Below are positions 28,517 through 43,119 of a stretch of DNA of 64,000 bases, piece by piece. A model generated the notes under the pieces. It was given only the letters and a program-made list of their open reading frames with translations. It did not search any database and was not told the origin of the DNA. Source of the stretch: the human T2T-CHM13v2.0 reference genome, Homo sapiens; the NCBI RefSeq assembly GCF_009914755.1, contig NC_060937.1. One strand, written 5' to 3'. Made by a program: the position numbers and the translations under genes. The first letter of the stretch is position 1, and each line of letters starts with the position of its first letter.

Positions 28517-29326
28517 CTGAAGAAACCCGGGAGGACGGTTTAGAACCGTATCGAGAGAATTATCCAAAAACCTCACAATTCGAAGGTACCCAGGATACGA
28601 AGGTGCACTAACCTCCCCTGCAGGATTTACAAAAAAAATCTGTACTCCATTTGGTATCAAAATCAATTCATCTGCATCCAGCCCTAAGGTCTCAAGAGGC
28701 GGTGGCTGAGAATGATTCCTATAAAACTCCTCTCCAACTGATGAAAACTCCCCAGAATCTGTTCCATAGGATACAGTGTAGTGACCTTCAGCAGCTTGAG
28801 GAGTATAAGCAGGAGGAGCTTCTGCTGGACAACTTTGTGATGGTAAAGACAGAGAAGCAGGTGCAGCAACTGCCCCTGCACTTGGAGTTGAGGTGTTTCC
28901 ATTTACTTCAGCATGCTGAGGAGCTGAACTAAAAGACTGAGGCTCTGGTAATTTTTCACACATGTCTTTAGGTGGAAATTCTGGATATAACTTGGGCACC
29001 TCCTGAAGATCATTCTGCAGAGAAGTGGCAAGACCCTTCTCTAGAATTTCCAGCCTGGTGCGTACATTCTGTAGAGTTTCTTTCATTTTCTGTTGCATCT
29101 GTCTAGCAGATTCCCACCCAGGACCTGTGTGTTCAGACTCTTTTGATGAAATGCTGATCCCTCTGAGCAGGTGTCCTATTCCTTGCTTATAGTAGTTCTT
29201 TGCTTCTTCCTTCTGACCTAATTCATCTGTATTCAGACCTTTGTTAACAAATAAAAAGGCCTTCTTATATGCTTCTCTGATGATCTTAATTTCAGCAGGT
29301 TCTCCATTTTGTGGCTCTTGCTCCAT
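28517..29326 (-). CDS. SPART: Spartin coding exon 2 (aa 1-270): MIT domain, PPAY motif (aa 171-174, 28805-28816), LIR-like FSSV (aa 194-197, 28736-28747)
   Basis: ORF MEQEPQNGEPAEIKIIREAYKKAFLFVNKG... recognised as spartin. Acceptor AG at 29329-29330 leaves a 2-nt 5'UTR stub. Donor CAG|GTAAGC after 28517. 810 nt, phase 0. Confidence 0.98.
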
Positions 29327-30582
29327 TTCTGCAAAATTGGAGACATATTTAATTATCTTGCTTAGCTATTGTTTACTTATGATTCGTATCTCCTACCTGA
29401 ATATATTTTAAGAGGACAAGTGCCTCGCTTATCTCTGTTTTGTTCACTATTATACTATCCTTTAAGCCTACTATTAGGTCTGTCATAAAGAAAGCACTTA
29501 ACATGTATTTGATGAATGGATAAATAAATGAAAACTCTTGGTCCAAAATATCTTAATTTAAAAACATAAGAGAATAAATCAGAATACATCTATTAAATAA
29601 TTTTCTTGTTCTGGTTTCTTATAATAGTTTCCTATCATACATCCTTATGGTTGAAACAAGAGTCTCATTCTAAAATTCATTATAATATAAATCCAGATTA
29701 TATCCAGCCAATAAAAAATGAATTGAATCATAGACTGGGGAAAACAGAAATGAGAAAAAAAAAGTGAATGAAACTTTGTTACCTGATTTCCACTTAAAGG
29801 TGGCAGGTTACCCCACACAGCCCTGTTGCTTCCCCAAATCCCACTAAGATGACTCTGGAAAGATTATGAAAAAGGAACAACCATTTTTCTTAGTGAGAAA
29901 AATACATGAATAGGCACTTCACAGAAGAAAATCTTTAAAAAGCATCTGAAAAGGTGTTCAACATACTATTCCCTCAGAAAAGTGAAACTAAAATCGAGTG
30001 ATACCAACTAGGCACTTAACAGATGGCTAAAATTTAAAAGACTGATTAGTGCTAAGTGAAGACAAGTGGAACTCTTCTACCTTGCTGGTGAAAGCTGAAA
30101 AATGATACAACATTTTGGAAAACCGGCAGTTTCTACTAAAGCTAAACACCCACTCAATGACCCAACAATTCCACTTGCAGGTATATAACCAAGAGAAATG
30201 GATGCATGTGCATGCCAAAAACATGTATGGCAATATTCACAGCAACTATATTCACAAAAAGCAAATCCTTAAAACAACCCAAATGCTCACTCATTCATAC
30301 AATGCAATAATACACAGAAAAAAAATTTTAAACCTGATTGCCTGCAACATCAATGAATCTCACCAATTCTTTGAGGAAAAGCCAAATACAAAAGACTTCA
30401 TATTGAGACCACATACTATGATTCTACATGAATGAATTAAATGGGAAAAACTGGTCTATGATATGACATAAATCAAAATAGTGCTTATAGGTAGAGGCTA
30501 CAGACTTCACAGGTACAGGAGGGAATCTCATGGCCTTTGGAAATGTTCTCTTGTTGATCTGAGTGATGACTACAAGGGTGTA

Positions 30583-31676
30583 CAGTGGTCCCCACTTATG
30601 TATAGTTTCATTTTCTGTGGTTTCAGTTACCTGCAGTCAACTATGATCTGAAAATATTAATATTAAATGGAAAATTACAGAGATAAATAATTCATAAATT
30701 TTAAATTGCACATTCTCAGTATCATGATTAAATCTCCTCTTGTCTCTCTCTGTGCCCCCTGGGGCATGAATCATCCTTTTGTCCAGGGCATCCATGCTGT
30801 CTATGCTCCCCTCCCATGATCACTTAGTAGCTGATATGGTTTGGCGATGTCCCCACCCAGATCTCACCTTGAATTGTAATACCCATAATCCCCAGGTGTC
30901 AAGAGAGGGACCCCGTGGGAGATGACTGGATCATGGGGGCAGTTTGCCCCATGCTGTTCTCCTGATAGTGAGTTCTCACAACATCTGATGGTTTTATAAG
31001 GCAGTTTTTCCAGCTTTTGCTAGCTCTCTCTTTCCTGCCATCATGTGAAGAAGGTCTTTGCTTCCCCTTCATCTTCCGCCATGACTGTAAGTTTCCTGAG
31101 GCCTCCCCAGCCACGCAGAACTGAGTCAATTAAACCTCTTTTCTTTATAAAGTACCCAGTCTTGGGCAGTTCTTTACAGCAGTGTGAAAACGGACTAATA
31201 CAGTAGCCATCTTGGTTATCAGATCAACTGTTCCGATATTGTGGTGGTTGGATTCAACTAATTCTTTTTACTTAATAATGGCCCCAAAGTGCAACAGTAG
31301 TGATGCTGGCAATTTTGATACACTGAAAAGCTGTGAAGTGCTTCCTTCAAGTGAAAAGGTTAAAGTTTTCAACTTAACAAGAAAAAAAATCATATGCTGA
31401 GGTTGCTAAGATCTACCATTAATAACATATTTTCTATTCCTGAAATTGTGAAGAAGGAAAAAGAAATTAGTGCCAGTTTTGCTGTTGTCCCTCAAACTGC
31501 AAAACTTATGGTCAAAGCATGTGACAAGTGTTTAGTTAAGATGGAAAAGGCTGAGATATGAACAGAAACATGTTCCAATTGAAAGCAATTGGGTGCCACA
31601 CTATCCATGGTTTCAGGCATCCACTAGGGGTCTTGCAACTTATCTCCCTTGGATAAGGGGTTAGGGGGGACTACTG
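30583..31676. mobile_element. MER44 (Tigger7-derived) element interrupted by THE1
   Basis: TA|CAGTGGTCCCC ... GGGGGACTACTG|TA terminal inverted repeats with TA duplications. Confidence 0.85.
30832..31202 (+). mobile_element. THE1 (MaLR) solo LTR
   Basis: TGATATGGTTTGG...GGACTAATACA; TSD GTAGC (30827-30831 / 31203-31207). Confidence 0.92.
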
Positions 31677-32890
31677 TATATATACATAAAAATCATTAAA
31701 CTATACATTTAAGATCAGGGTACTATATGCATTTTATGTGATTCCTCAATAAAACAGATAAATAATAAAGCCATAACTCACAAGGACAAATAGGGAAGAT
31801 GAAAAGTCAACAGTACTTGGTGTCAAAAAAGGAGGCAGACAAGTGAAAACTCCCAAAACACACTTGAGAAAACAGATGCTTTAAACTGTCAGTGGGAAAA
31901 TCAGAGACGCAGCTGCACTTACGTCACATCAAGAACCTCCAAAGGCATAAGAATTGATGGAATTCAATCTTCCTATGGAAAGGAAGTAGACAAAGAGCTG
32001 AAAAAAGAGGACTGGTTGAAAGCCTATTTACAAATTAGCACCCTCAGATCTTTCCTACACCAAGCAATCAGGACGCTGTTTCTCTACAGCCCTGAAAGAC
32101 TGAGTGCTTTGATCTAGAAGAGTGTAAAATAAAGTGAGGATAAGAAACTATCAGGCATGATTAAGGGTAAAAACCAAAAGCAGGGGGATTAAGTGAAATG
32201 TTACACATTGATTATTGAGACCCACAGCCTTCTTCCCCACAACTTGGTAATTAGAGTTTTGGCTGCCAGGTACCCCTCAAGAAAGGAGATTGGAAGTTAT
32301 CTTCTTGAGGAATCTGATCATCACCAAGAAGAAAGACACAAAGAATAGTGACAGTGAGAGTTCCCTAAGGAAAACTGTCCAAGCAATTCACCGTTCAGAA
32401 GCCATAGTTGATAGGTTCCACCCATAGAATCTCAGATCAGCTTTCTAGTGCTTCACTCACACGCACACACTCACACACAGACACACACACAGCCCAGGAT
32501 CACAAAACATGAGGCAAACATCCAGTATAAAGGATTAAAAGAAGAGCAATGTAATTTGGTTGAAATGGACAATGTGCAGGAAACGTAAAAAAAAAAACCC
32601 TATCATTTATATCAACATAAAGAAAAAGAAAATATCGCATCCATAAAATAAAAAGTGGGATGCGTGCATACTGAAAGAAGGATATTCGAGTGACAAAAGG
32701 AACTCCGGGAAATTAAATATTTAAAACGCAGGAAGGAAAAACTCAAGAAGGATGAGGTCATACAATTATAGAAAATGCCCAGAAAGCAGAGCAAAAAGAC
32801 AGAGATGAAAAATAGGCAATAATAAATAAGAAAATTAGGACCCAGTCTATAAGGCATATCATTTGAATAATAAAACTTCTAGAAATATGT

Positions 32891-33936
<1,046 letters not shown>

Positions 33937-34744
33937 CTAAGCTCAAAAGGATCATCTTTAAAATACTTACACACAAAAAAAGAGAGAGAAGTAAGAGTGC
34001 TAAGGAACTTCTTAAAGGCAACAATAGAAGAAGGAAATTATACATTTAATTCATAATTCTGAGTAAAAATAGCTTCTAAACCCAGCCAAGTGATTGCTCA
34101 GTTATTACATCTTCTGTTTGCTGGGTACCATGTTTGATGAAAGGAATCCCAAGACTGATGATGAGTTTCCAAGATAACAATTAGGCAAACACTCCAGGGT
34201 GGAGTAGGAGACAACAGAAAAGAATTTTTTAAGAAAGTAAAACTGATAGAATACCTAATGTGATTGTAAGCTCTGAAAAAAGATCTACACAACTGTGAGA
34301 GTATTCAGGGTTCCATTAGTAATAATTAAAAACTAAGGATTAACTCTAGGGAAAATGATGTTGAGCAAGAAATAAAAAGTAATCATAATGTACTAAATGT
34401 TTCAGTTTTGATTGGTGTCATAATATACACAATGAATCTCAATATAAACAAAATTATGGTACAACCATATTGAAAGATGGGAAGATGGATGGATAAAAAG
34501 TTTATGTGCATGCGACAAAGGATGAAAGAGATAAAACTTCATCTTTCTCACTGAGAAGTTAATGGACAGTGCCTAAAACTGAAAAAGTGCCAATATATTC
34601 GCACTGTTTAGAGTACAAAAAAGACCAAAAGAATTGGGTAAGAAAAATGATACAAGCTGACTTTGGGAGGAAGGGGTAAGATTTTTCTTAAATCTATGTG
34701 TATGATAGAAAATTTAATTACTATTAAAAAGGTAAATGGAAGCT

Positions 34745-35060
34745 TTAGAGCAACTATGTCGAACAGAACTGTAATGCAAGCCACATATGTAATTTATACT
34801 TTTCTAATAACATTAAAAAGGTAAAAAACAGGTGAAGTTAATTTCAATGATAGTATCTTATTTATCCAAATATATCAAAAATATTATTTCAATATGCAGT
34901 TAATATAAAAACTTTCAGTTAAATATTTTAGCTTTCTTTTTTTTGGTATGAAGTCTTCAAAACTCAGTATGTGTTTTACACTGAAAAGATAGTTCAATTC
35001 CAACTAACCCCATTGCAAGTGCTCAATATCCACATGTACCTAGTGGCTACTGTCATTAGA
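34745..35060. mobile_element. MER33-like hAT element
   Basis: ATGCAAGCCACATATGTAATTT...AAGTGCTCAATATCCACATGTACCTAGTGGCTAC. Confidence 0.7.
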
Positions 35061-36009
35061 TGTGGCAATTCTTTTCCTGTGATCTCATGAAAACTTACGA
35101 TAGAAGAATTTCACTGATATGAAACTATTTTAGCAGCAATCTACACTATGAAAGCACAGAAGCATCACAGAAAGCATTCATTAAAATTGGTCTAGCTTCC
35201 GATTAATAATATAACTATACTTTCTAACCTGAAGTGCCACTAGTCAGCCTTATTATGCAACAACTTCATGGTAGTCAACAGAATATATTCAGTACCCAAT
35301 TTAGAAAATACCATATACAATTGACCATATACAGACCCACGTATTTGCTCTACCCCACAACCCCTATCAATATTAACAATCTCTTCTCCTGGAATACTAT
35401 CCTGTTGTGTCATAAGATTGCCACATCTTTCCAAAGAAACCACAAGACAGGCATTTTGTATTTTATCTTCCTCAGGATACAAGGAGGCCCAGACTAAGGC
35501 AGCAGAAAGACAGCAGAGGTTAAATAGGCATCTGTGAGTTGATTGGGAGCTTCACCAGCATCATTAAATTTGTCCAAATGACTTGAACAGGGTCTTGAAC
35601 AACACTGTGACTTGGCACCCACTTTTGTGCTACATACGATAGGACACCACTATCCCCACGCATCATTTAGAGTACTTAACATATGCTGGACAGTATGCTA
35701 GGTGTTTATCTCAATCCTTACAAACAATTCTTGATGCAATATTACTATTAGTACTACTTTGCAGAGAAGAAAATTGAAGTTTGCAAGCATTAATTGCCTT
35801 AGATCACCTGTTTTCTGAAAGACCCTGGAATTAAGAATTACTTTTACATTTTTTAAAGGTTATAAAAACAAAGAAGAATGTGCAACAGAGATCATACATG
35901 GCCCCAAAAGCCTAAAATATTTACTATCTGGCACTTAACAAAAAAAGTTTACTGACCCTGCACTAGTTTACAGAATTAAATAGTCTGATTCCAAAACAAA
36001 TCCTCTAAA

Positions 36010-36201
36010 TCAGGGTTTCTCAGTCTTGGCATGGTTGACATTTTGGGTTGGATAATGCTTTGTTAGCAGCATCCCTGATCTCTGTCCACTGGATGCCCAT
36101 AGCAGCACCACCCCTCATCCCGGTTGTGACAACCAAAAACGTCTCCAGACATTGCCAAATGTACTTTGGGCAGCAAAATCGTCCCCCACTGAGAATTACC
36201 A
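36010..36201. mobile_element. MER20
   Basis: GTGACAACCAAAAACGTCTCCAGACATTGCCAAATGT. Confidence 0.8.
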
Positions 36202-37373
36202 CTCTAAATGGTCTTCAAACTGGGGGATGTGTGCCCCCCAGGACAAATGAAGTCTTCCATGGGACATACACCAACGACATGTGTAATTTTAAGAAAAAGG
36301 CTTCCAGATCCTTTACTCCCATGAGTACTTCTCACTAAACTGATCTACCTGAGAATATGCCCATTGTCCAGTTATCATGCTGATTTTTATTCCCCAAGAT
36401 CCTTTCACAATCTTCCACTTTACAAAATAAAGGCATACTTCTCACCCACTCCTATTCTTACTATGGTACACTGCCCCAGGATGGAAAAGCCTCCCTACCA
36501 ACAAACAATAAGTCGAAGGGCTCAAAGACCCTCCTTTAATTTAGGCACAACTCCCACTATCCATTCCATTAGGACACAGATTTCCAGTAAACTTCTACTC
36601 TTAATAATTATTATTCATTAAAATCCATCAAGTTTTTAAGCTATTCTAATCAACTATTTATAATAACTCAACCCAAAAGAAAAATTACAACTTACAGAAT
36701 TAGTTATAGGAAATTTTTAAACTTAGCTTCAATTTATATAACTATTGTTATTAAAGCCATGTATCACAGAGATTAATAAAAAGCTTTCAAGCATAAAAAT
36801 GCATTACCTTAAGATAATATTCTGTGGGGTGGGGGTGATAAAAAAGTAAAATTTTTTAAAAAAGGAAGTGTGTAAAATATAATGTATTTTAAAAATTGAT
36901 GGTGATGGATATAAAACTACAAAGATATGATACCCCACTGAATACAGGTGAAAGAATGATGTACCAATATTAAAATGTTAATATCAATACCATGTGGGAA
37001 ACTGCATTCTTTTCAACTAACGCATGATGTAAAATGCTGTAAGTTAACCAAAAGTGTGCAAGAGGGACAGTTTTACAAAAATTATTTGGGGGTTCACAAG
37101 CAAATTAAAAGTACTGCTTTAAAAATCACTCACAACTATAATATATAGCAAAGATATAATGGACATGGTCTGTCTCTGGCCCTCAGAAGCACCAAAATTT
37201 ACTATCTTTTGTTAAGCTCTCTATATGTGTCTGGCACCCTTCTAAGGTTATCCAATCCTCACTCTTGGAGGTTGATATCTGATTTTAAAAATGTTTTACA
37301 AATATTGAGCAGCTTGCCCAAGAAGAGAGCTAGTAAATGATACATTCAAATCAGTTCATGGATCAGAAGATTA

Positions 37374-37570
<197 letters not shown>

Positions 37571-39579
37571 GAAAATGAAAATTAGATGAGATGTGTTTGA
37601 TTCCAAATCTAAAAGTCCTACTATGTTTACAAGTCAGCAGAGTGAGGGAGGGGTGAAGAAAACCCAGAGTGTCCCGTCGTAGAAAGTCATGTGGCTTAAA
37701 TCTTCAATAGGTAGCATTTGAAAGTAGAAGCGAGGCATAATGAAGGAATATAGCTAGAAGCAATATTTACCTTGGGTATACGTTTATTTCTAAGCTTATT
37801 TTACATACGGTGTGATGAAAGATTTCCTAATAATGTGTCAATGGAGGGAACAAGATGGCTACTGAGAAAGAAGAGTGTGCCTGTGTGTAGGGGTGGAGTG
37901 GGAGGGCTAATTCCACAGGATTGCTTAATAACCTTCCTTGCTACATCTCCATCTTAAAGAGAAAAAAAGGATACACGAGAGAAGAGCCTGGGTATCTAGA
38001 GGTTATATATAAGTCTAATGGTCAATTTCAGTCTAATCTCTGGGGAATCTCAACACAGAAAGAAAAAGGTTTATATTAAAATATCACATTTTTATTTTGT
38101 GACTGGGATTTGCTATATCCTCAGCGGTCTCAGAAAATACATTTTACAGAAATAAGGATTGGAGGATGGTGACTTAAAAAAAAGCCTATTCTATTCCTAA
38201 GCACAATTAAGTGTCAATCAAGTGTCCTGAAAAGATAAAAACCATTATCACATTATTTCACATTATTTAATTTTCAAAGTTAAGAAGACAAAGTCTTTGA
38301 AATGACAATCTGATGTATTAAATAGTACCTACACCAGTGTACAGTCTTCAACAACAAACCAAAATCTGTTCCGATACCAGTAGTTCACCTAAATTCTAAT
38401 TTTTTAACGTTCTAATAAAACACATTTATTTCAACATAACTACATGTATGTCTGTGTATGTCTTAAAAAATACCCGAGAAAAGGTAAAATTCTGCATTAA
38501 AATACCTAGCAATTTAGTTCGATTCCATAAACACTGAAAGAAGTAACACTCTCACTTAACAGTCAACATTACAAGCAGTCTTTAATAATACCGCATTTAA
38601 CTCCTTAGAGCTAGCACAAGTTGATCTAATGCCTATTTGGCCCTTTACCAAAAAAGCGGAGGGGGCTTTGTCTAACACCTGTATACACCTCCCTCCGTAG
38701 CATCCCGCTCATTCTAGCTTCTTAGGGAAACCATAGACAACGACGTTTCAGAGAGTGCCAGAGGTGAAGCCGACCCGAAACCACATTACAGAAAGGCTTC
38801 CTGTTTCAAACAGGTCCAATAAAGCCACCAAATTAAGTCTACGATTATAAAGAACTGCGAATCAGAAAATAATTCCATACAGGTGCAGTCTTCTATTACT
38901 TTTTTCCCCACTTTCGGAAATTTCAAAGAAAAATTGCTACATTCTTAAATATGAGGCCATTATTTCAAAGGCTGTAACAACCTGGAACGCAAATTCGTTA
39001 AATTATGATACAATAAGGCCAACCTCGAGGATCCTCGGTGGACTACTAGCGCACTTCCTTACAATTAGAAAGTGAAAAACTGGGTCAGCCCTAGAGTCAC
39101 GCAATAATGCTGCGTCACGAAACTGCGCATTCCAAGAGAAACTTTTCTCAGGCCCAGAATTAAGTCGGAGGGATCCGCCGCGCAGCTCAATCCCTAGGAA
39201 GCATGAAAGAATGTATTGTAAAGAGTAAAATCACGCGCAATCCATCCCAATATAACCGCAGTTGTTCGTGGGCCTTCTTGCAGAGAAAGGCTGCCCAACC
39301 TTGACGGGGCCATGGGCGCTGCGGGAGGGCAAAAGACCACAGAGATCTGCGAAGCCAAAGTAAACAACGGGGTTGGGGCGGCGAGAATGATCAATAGCGA
39401 TGCTCCGAAAGGACTCCGCGATAGGAATCGAGCGGGAAGGATTCCCTCCATCCTAACAGTCCATGGGTTAAGAGGCCGAAGCTTCCCTAAATACCACACT
39501 CCCGCGAGGGAAGGGACTGAGAACAACTTCTCAAACTATTCTCTCTCGAAATCGCTCCCTTCCTCGAAAATTCCATCTC

Positions 39580-40330
39580 TGAGACTCGGATGAGGTCCCC
39601 ACCCCCTCCACCCTTGTCCCGTGACCGTCGCCCGCTCAGCCTCCCAGCCGAGTCCGCGGGGCCTGGGGCGCCCACCCCGCCCACCCAAGGGACCGCGCAG
39701 GGGTGAACTCCCCCGCGCCCCACCTGCGCCTTCCAGACCTCGGGCGCCCCGGCGTTGCCTCGAGAGCTCCCTGCGCGGCCGCCGCGGCACGGACCAGCTC
39801 CCACTCCCTTACACTGGGCGCCGCTGCGCTCGCCGGGGGCCGGTCCCGAGGTTCCCAAGGCCTCGCGCGCGCGCTTGCCGTGGCAACCAAGACGTTCCAC
39901 GACGCGCGCTCTCGAACGCTTCGCGTCACGCGGCCGCGCGGCCCCGCCCGTCGGCCTCGCTCCCGCCACAGAGCCCGCAGCACGCCGCCGCCGCAGCCTA
40001 GGTCACGTGAGTACCCACGCGCGCGTCTTGCCAGCGGATTCATCACCGGCCTGCTCAGACTAGGTTCTGCCCACTCTGACCTTCTAAATGGTACGTGGGA
40101 GGACGTCCGTCCCCTTCGGACCCAAGAGTCACCGTAACACTCTAGAAGGGGAGAAAAGGAGCGAGGGCGGCAGGCGACAGAGAACCTCGCGAGTCAGCGG
40201 CCCCGCGCAGACCCCCCCCAGGCACGGTCCCCTGCGGCCACGTCGGCTGCTCCGCGCCTGCGCAATCTCTTTCTCTCCAGCGAAACCGAGGCCTCCGGAG
40301 AGCCTAGTAGAGAGTGTGGGCAGTGAGCGC
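39580..40330. promoter_or_regulatory. CpG-island bidirectional promoter (SPART leftward, SPART-AS1 rightward)
   Basis: Sharp GC/CpG-dense block in AT-rich surroundings, with GC boxes, an X-box-like site (39874-39887), E-box GTCACGTGA (40002-40010), CTCGCGAG (40186-40193) and NRF1-like GCGCCTGCGCA (40254-40264). Confidence 0.93.
39724..39900 (-). other. SPART: Probable non-coding exon 1 of SPART (5' end approximate)
   Basis: Minus-strand donor GCGCAG|GTGGGG at 39724/39723 inside the CpG island. Exon 2 needs an upstream non-coding exon. Confidence 0.65.
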
Positions 40331-40605
40331 TTGTAGCCGCTAGAGGGAGCGCTGGGCACAGTGCACGAGAGACAATAAAGGCTGATTATCCCCTCAATGT
40401 CTCTGCAGCCTGAGCTTTGTGACTTCTGTATCCAGAGCACAGTTAATTTCCAAAAGCCCGCCTGCACCACGTGTTTTAAGTCTTGGTGTGTGTGTAAAGT
40501 CTATATCACTATCATAAAACTGTTAGTTCCTGATTCCGGGATACAAAGAGTAAAATCAAGATGAACATACTTTACCCTTCTTGACAAGTGTTTTTAAATT
40601 AGTAA

Positions 40606-41052
<447 letters not shown>

Positions 41053-41503
41053 TTAGGACCAGTTAAGTGACTCCCTCAAATCTCAGAAAGGTAGCAGTCA
41101 GTCATCCCAAAAAGCAAAACCTATTAGGAATATATTAATACAGTGGTTTCAAAATGATTTTGCTCTTATACCCCCAAAGGAGTCCCCAAAGACTATGACT
41201 GTATTCTCACTTCCACGTTTTTGGATTGACCATCACAATTTCTCATCTGACTTAAATAGTTACAAAAGAAGCAACTTCTGTTTTATTATAAATTAACATT
41301 TTAAAATAAAAGTTATATAACTTTTAAATGTAGCCAGTGGAATCTAAATACCAATTTAATATCTAAAATCATCAATTTTTAAAACTACATGAACAAGCTT
41401 TTAACAGAAGGAAATTTTACATCATTTCTTTTCTTCTTGAACTCATATTTCCGTTCCATATTGTGAAATTGTATGTCAATATTTCTTTAGTCTTGCAAAT
41501 ATT

Positions 41504-41805
41504 GGCCAGGCTTGGTGGCTTATGCCTGTAGTCCCAGCTACTCCAGAGGCCGAGGCAAGAGAATCGCTTGAGCCCAGGAGTTCGAGACCAGCCTGGGCAA
41601 CATGACGAAACCCGTCCCTACAAAAAAACACAAAAATTAGCTGGGCATGGTGGTACACATCTGTAGTCCCAGTTACTCCAGAGGCTGAGGCAGGAAGATC
41701 ACCTGAGCTGGGGAGGCAGAGGCAGCAGTGACTGAGATTGTGCCACTGCACCCCAGCCTGGGCAATAGAGCCAGACCCTGTACCCCCTGGCCCCCACCAA
41801 AAAAA
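41504..41805 (+). mobile_element. Alu (J-like)
   Basis: Dimeric Alu. Confidence 0.92.
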
Positions 41806-41939
41806 GAAAGGAAATCTTTTATTGGTCATCTACTCTACTTCTTTACATTTAAAAAGTACATACATTTAAATAGAATTTTTTAAATTTCCAACAGCCATAA
41901 AGATGAATGTGTTTAAAACATGTAGAATTTCTATACACA

Positions 41940-42480
41940 AAATTGTTATATATAGAAAACCCTAAAGAATTTACTACAACACTGTTAGAACTAATAAATG
42001 AGTACATCAAGGATTCAGGACAACAGGTCAACATACAGAAATCAATAGTATTTCTATACACTAGCAATGAACATTTCAAAAATGAAATTAATTCCATTCA
42101 TAATATTATCAAGAAGAATAAAATACTTAGAAATAAATGTAATAAGTGCAAGACTTGTATGCTGAAGACCATACAACATTGCTGAAAGAACTTAAAGACC
42201 TAAATAAATGGAAAGACATCCCATGTTAAAGGGTTGAAAGACTTCATATTGGGAAGATGGCAGTACTTCTCAAATGGACCTCCAGACGCAACACAATCCG
42301 TGTCAAGATCCCAAATGACTTTTTTGCAGAATTTTGCAAGCTGATCCTAAAATTCATACAATCCAGGGAAATATAAGGACCCAGAATAGCCACATGAGCA
42401 CACACACACAGATCTTGAAAAAGAAGAATGAAGTTGGAGGACTGACACATTCCAATTTCAAAACTTAACTACAAAGCTGC
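41940..42480 (+). mobile_element. L1 ORF2 fragment (L1M)
   Basis: Translation YIENPKE...LLELINEY...[15 protein letters not shown] matches the end of the L1 ORF2 RT region. Confidence 0.9.
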
Positions 42481-42481
42481 A

Positions 42482-42780
42482 GGCCAGGCATGGTGGCTCA
42501 CACCTGTAATCCCAGCACTTTGGGAGGCCGAGGCAGGCGGATCACCTGAGGTCGGGAGTTCGAGACCAGCCCGACCAACATGAAGAAACCCGGTCTCTAC
42601 TAAAAATACAAAATTACCTGGGCGTGGTGGCGCATGCCTGTAATCCTAGCTACCCAGGAGGCTGAGGCAGGAGACTCACTTGAACCCGGGAGGTGGAGGT
42701 CACCGTGAGCCGAGATTGTGCCATTGACTCCAGACTGGGCAACAAGAGCAAAACTCTGTCTCAAACAAACAAGCAAAAAA
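42482..42780 (+). mobile_element. Alu (Sp/Sq-like)
   Basis: Dimeric Alu; TSD AAA(G/A)CTGCA. Confidence 0.94.
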
Positions 42781-43119
42781 CTGCAGTAAGTCAGTGTGGT
42801 TAATTTTTGTTTTATGAGGTATGTTTATGTTCACAGAAGCTTCCACGTATGGTTAAGTTACTGCTAGCCATAGTAGTCTAGTGCTGACTTCTAGGAATAT
42901 TCGTACTACTGACTGCAGAATTACCTGGCATCCAAACAGAAAGACACTGGCCAGGCACCATATTGCTTTCTGTTTGGGTCCTACAGTGCCCAGTACCAGA
43001 AGGATGTGGTAGAAGGAACAAGTAAAGTGAACAGGGCCAGAAGCTCATCTGTAGAAAAGTGTAAGCAAAGGATTTGGTTTGCTCCTCAGTACCTGGTCAA
43101 AACCTGTATTAGTGGTCCT

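Larger units (their letters stand above)
29880..31760 (+). mobile_element. Old L1M 3' fragment interrupted by MER44 and THE1
   Basis: ATGACCCAACAATTCCACTTGCAGGTATATAACCAAGAGAAATG L1 motif; sequence resumes after 31678 and ends near CTCAATAAAA. Confidence 0.7.

Noticed and set aside
28651-28932. Antisense and alternative-frame ORFs over exon 2
   Set aside because: Short shadow ORFs of a real coding exon, without independent support.
39194-40470. Many overlapping 80-160 aa ORFs at the promoter
   Set aside because: Expected from stop-codon scarcity in a CpG island; Arg/Pro/Gly/Ala-rich with no recognisable domain.
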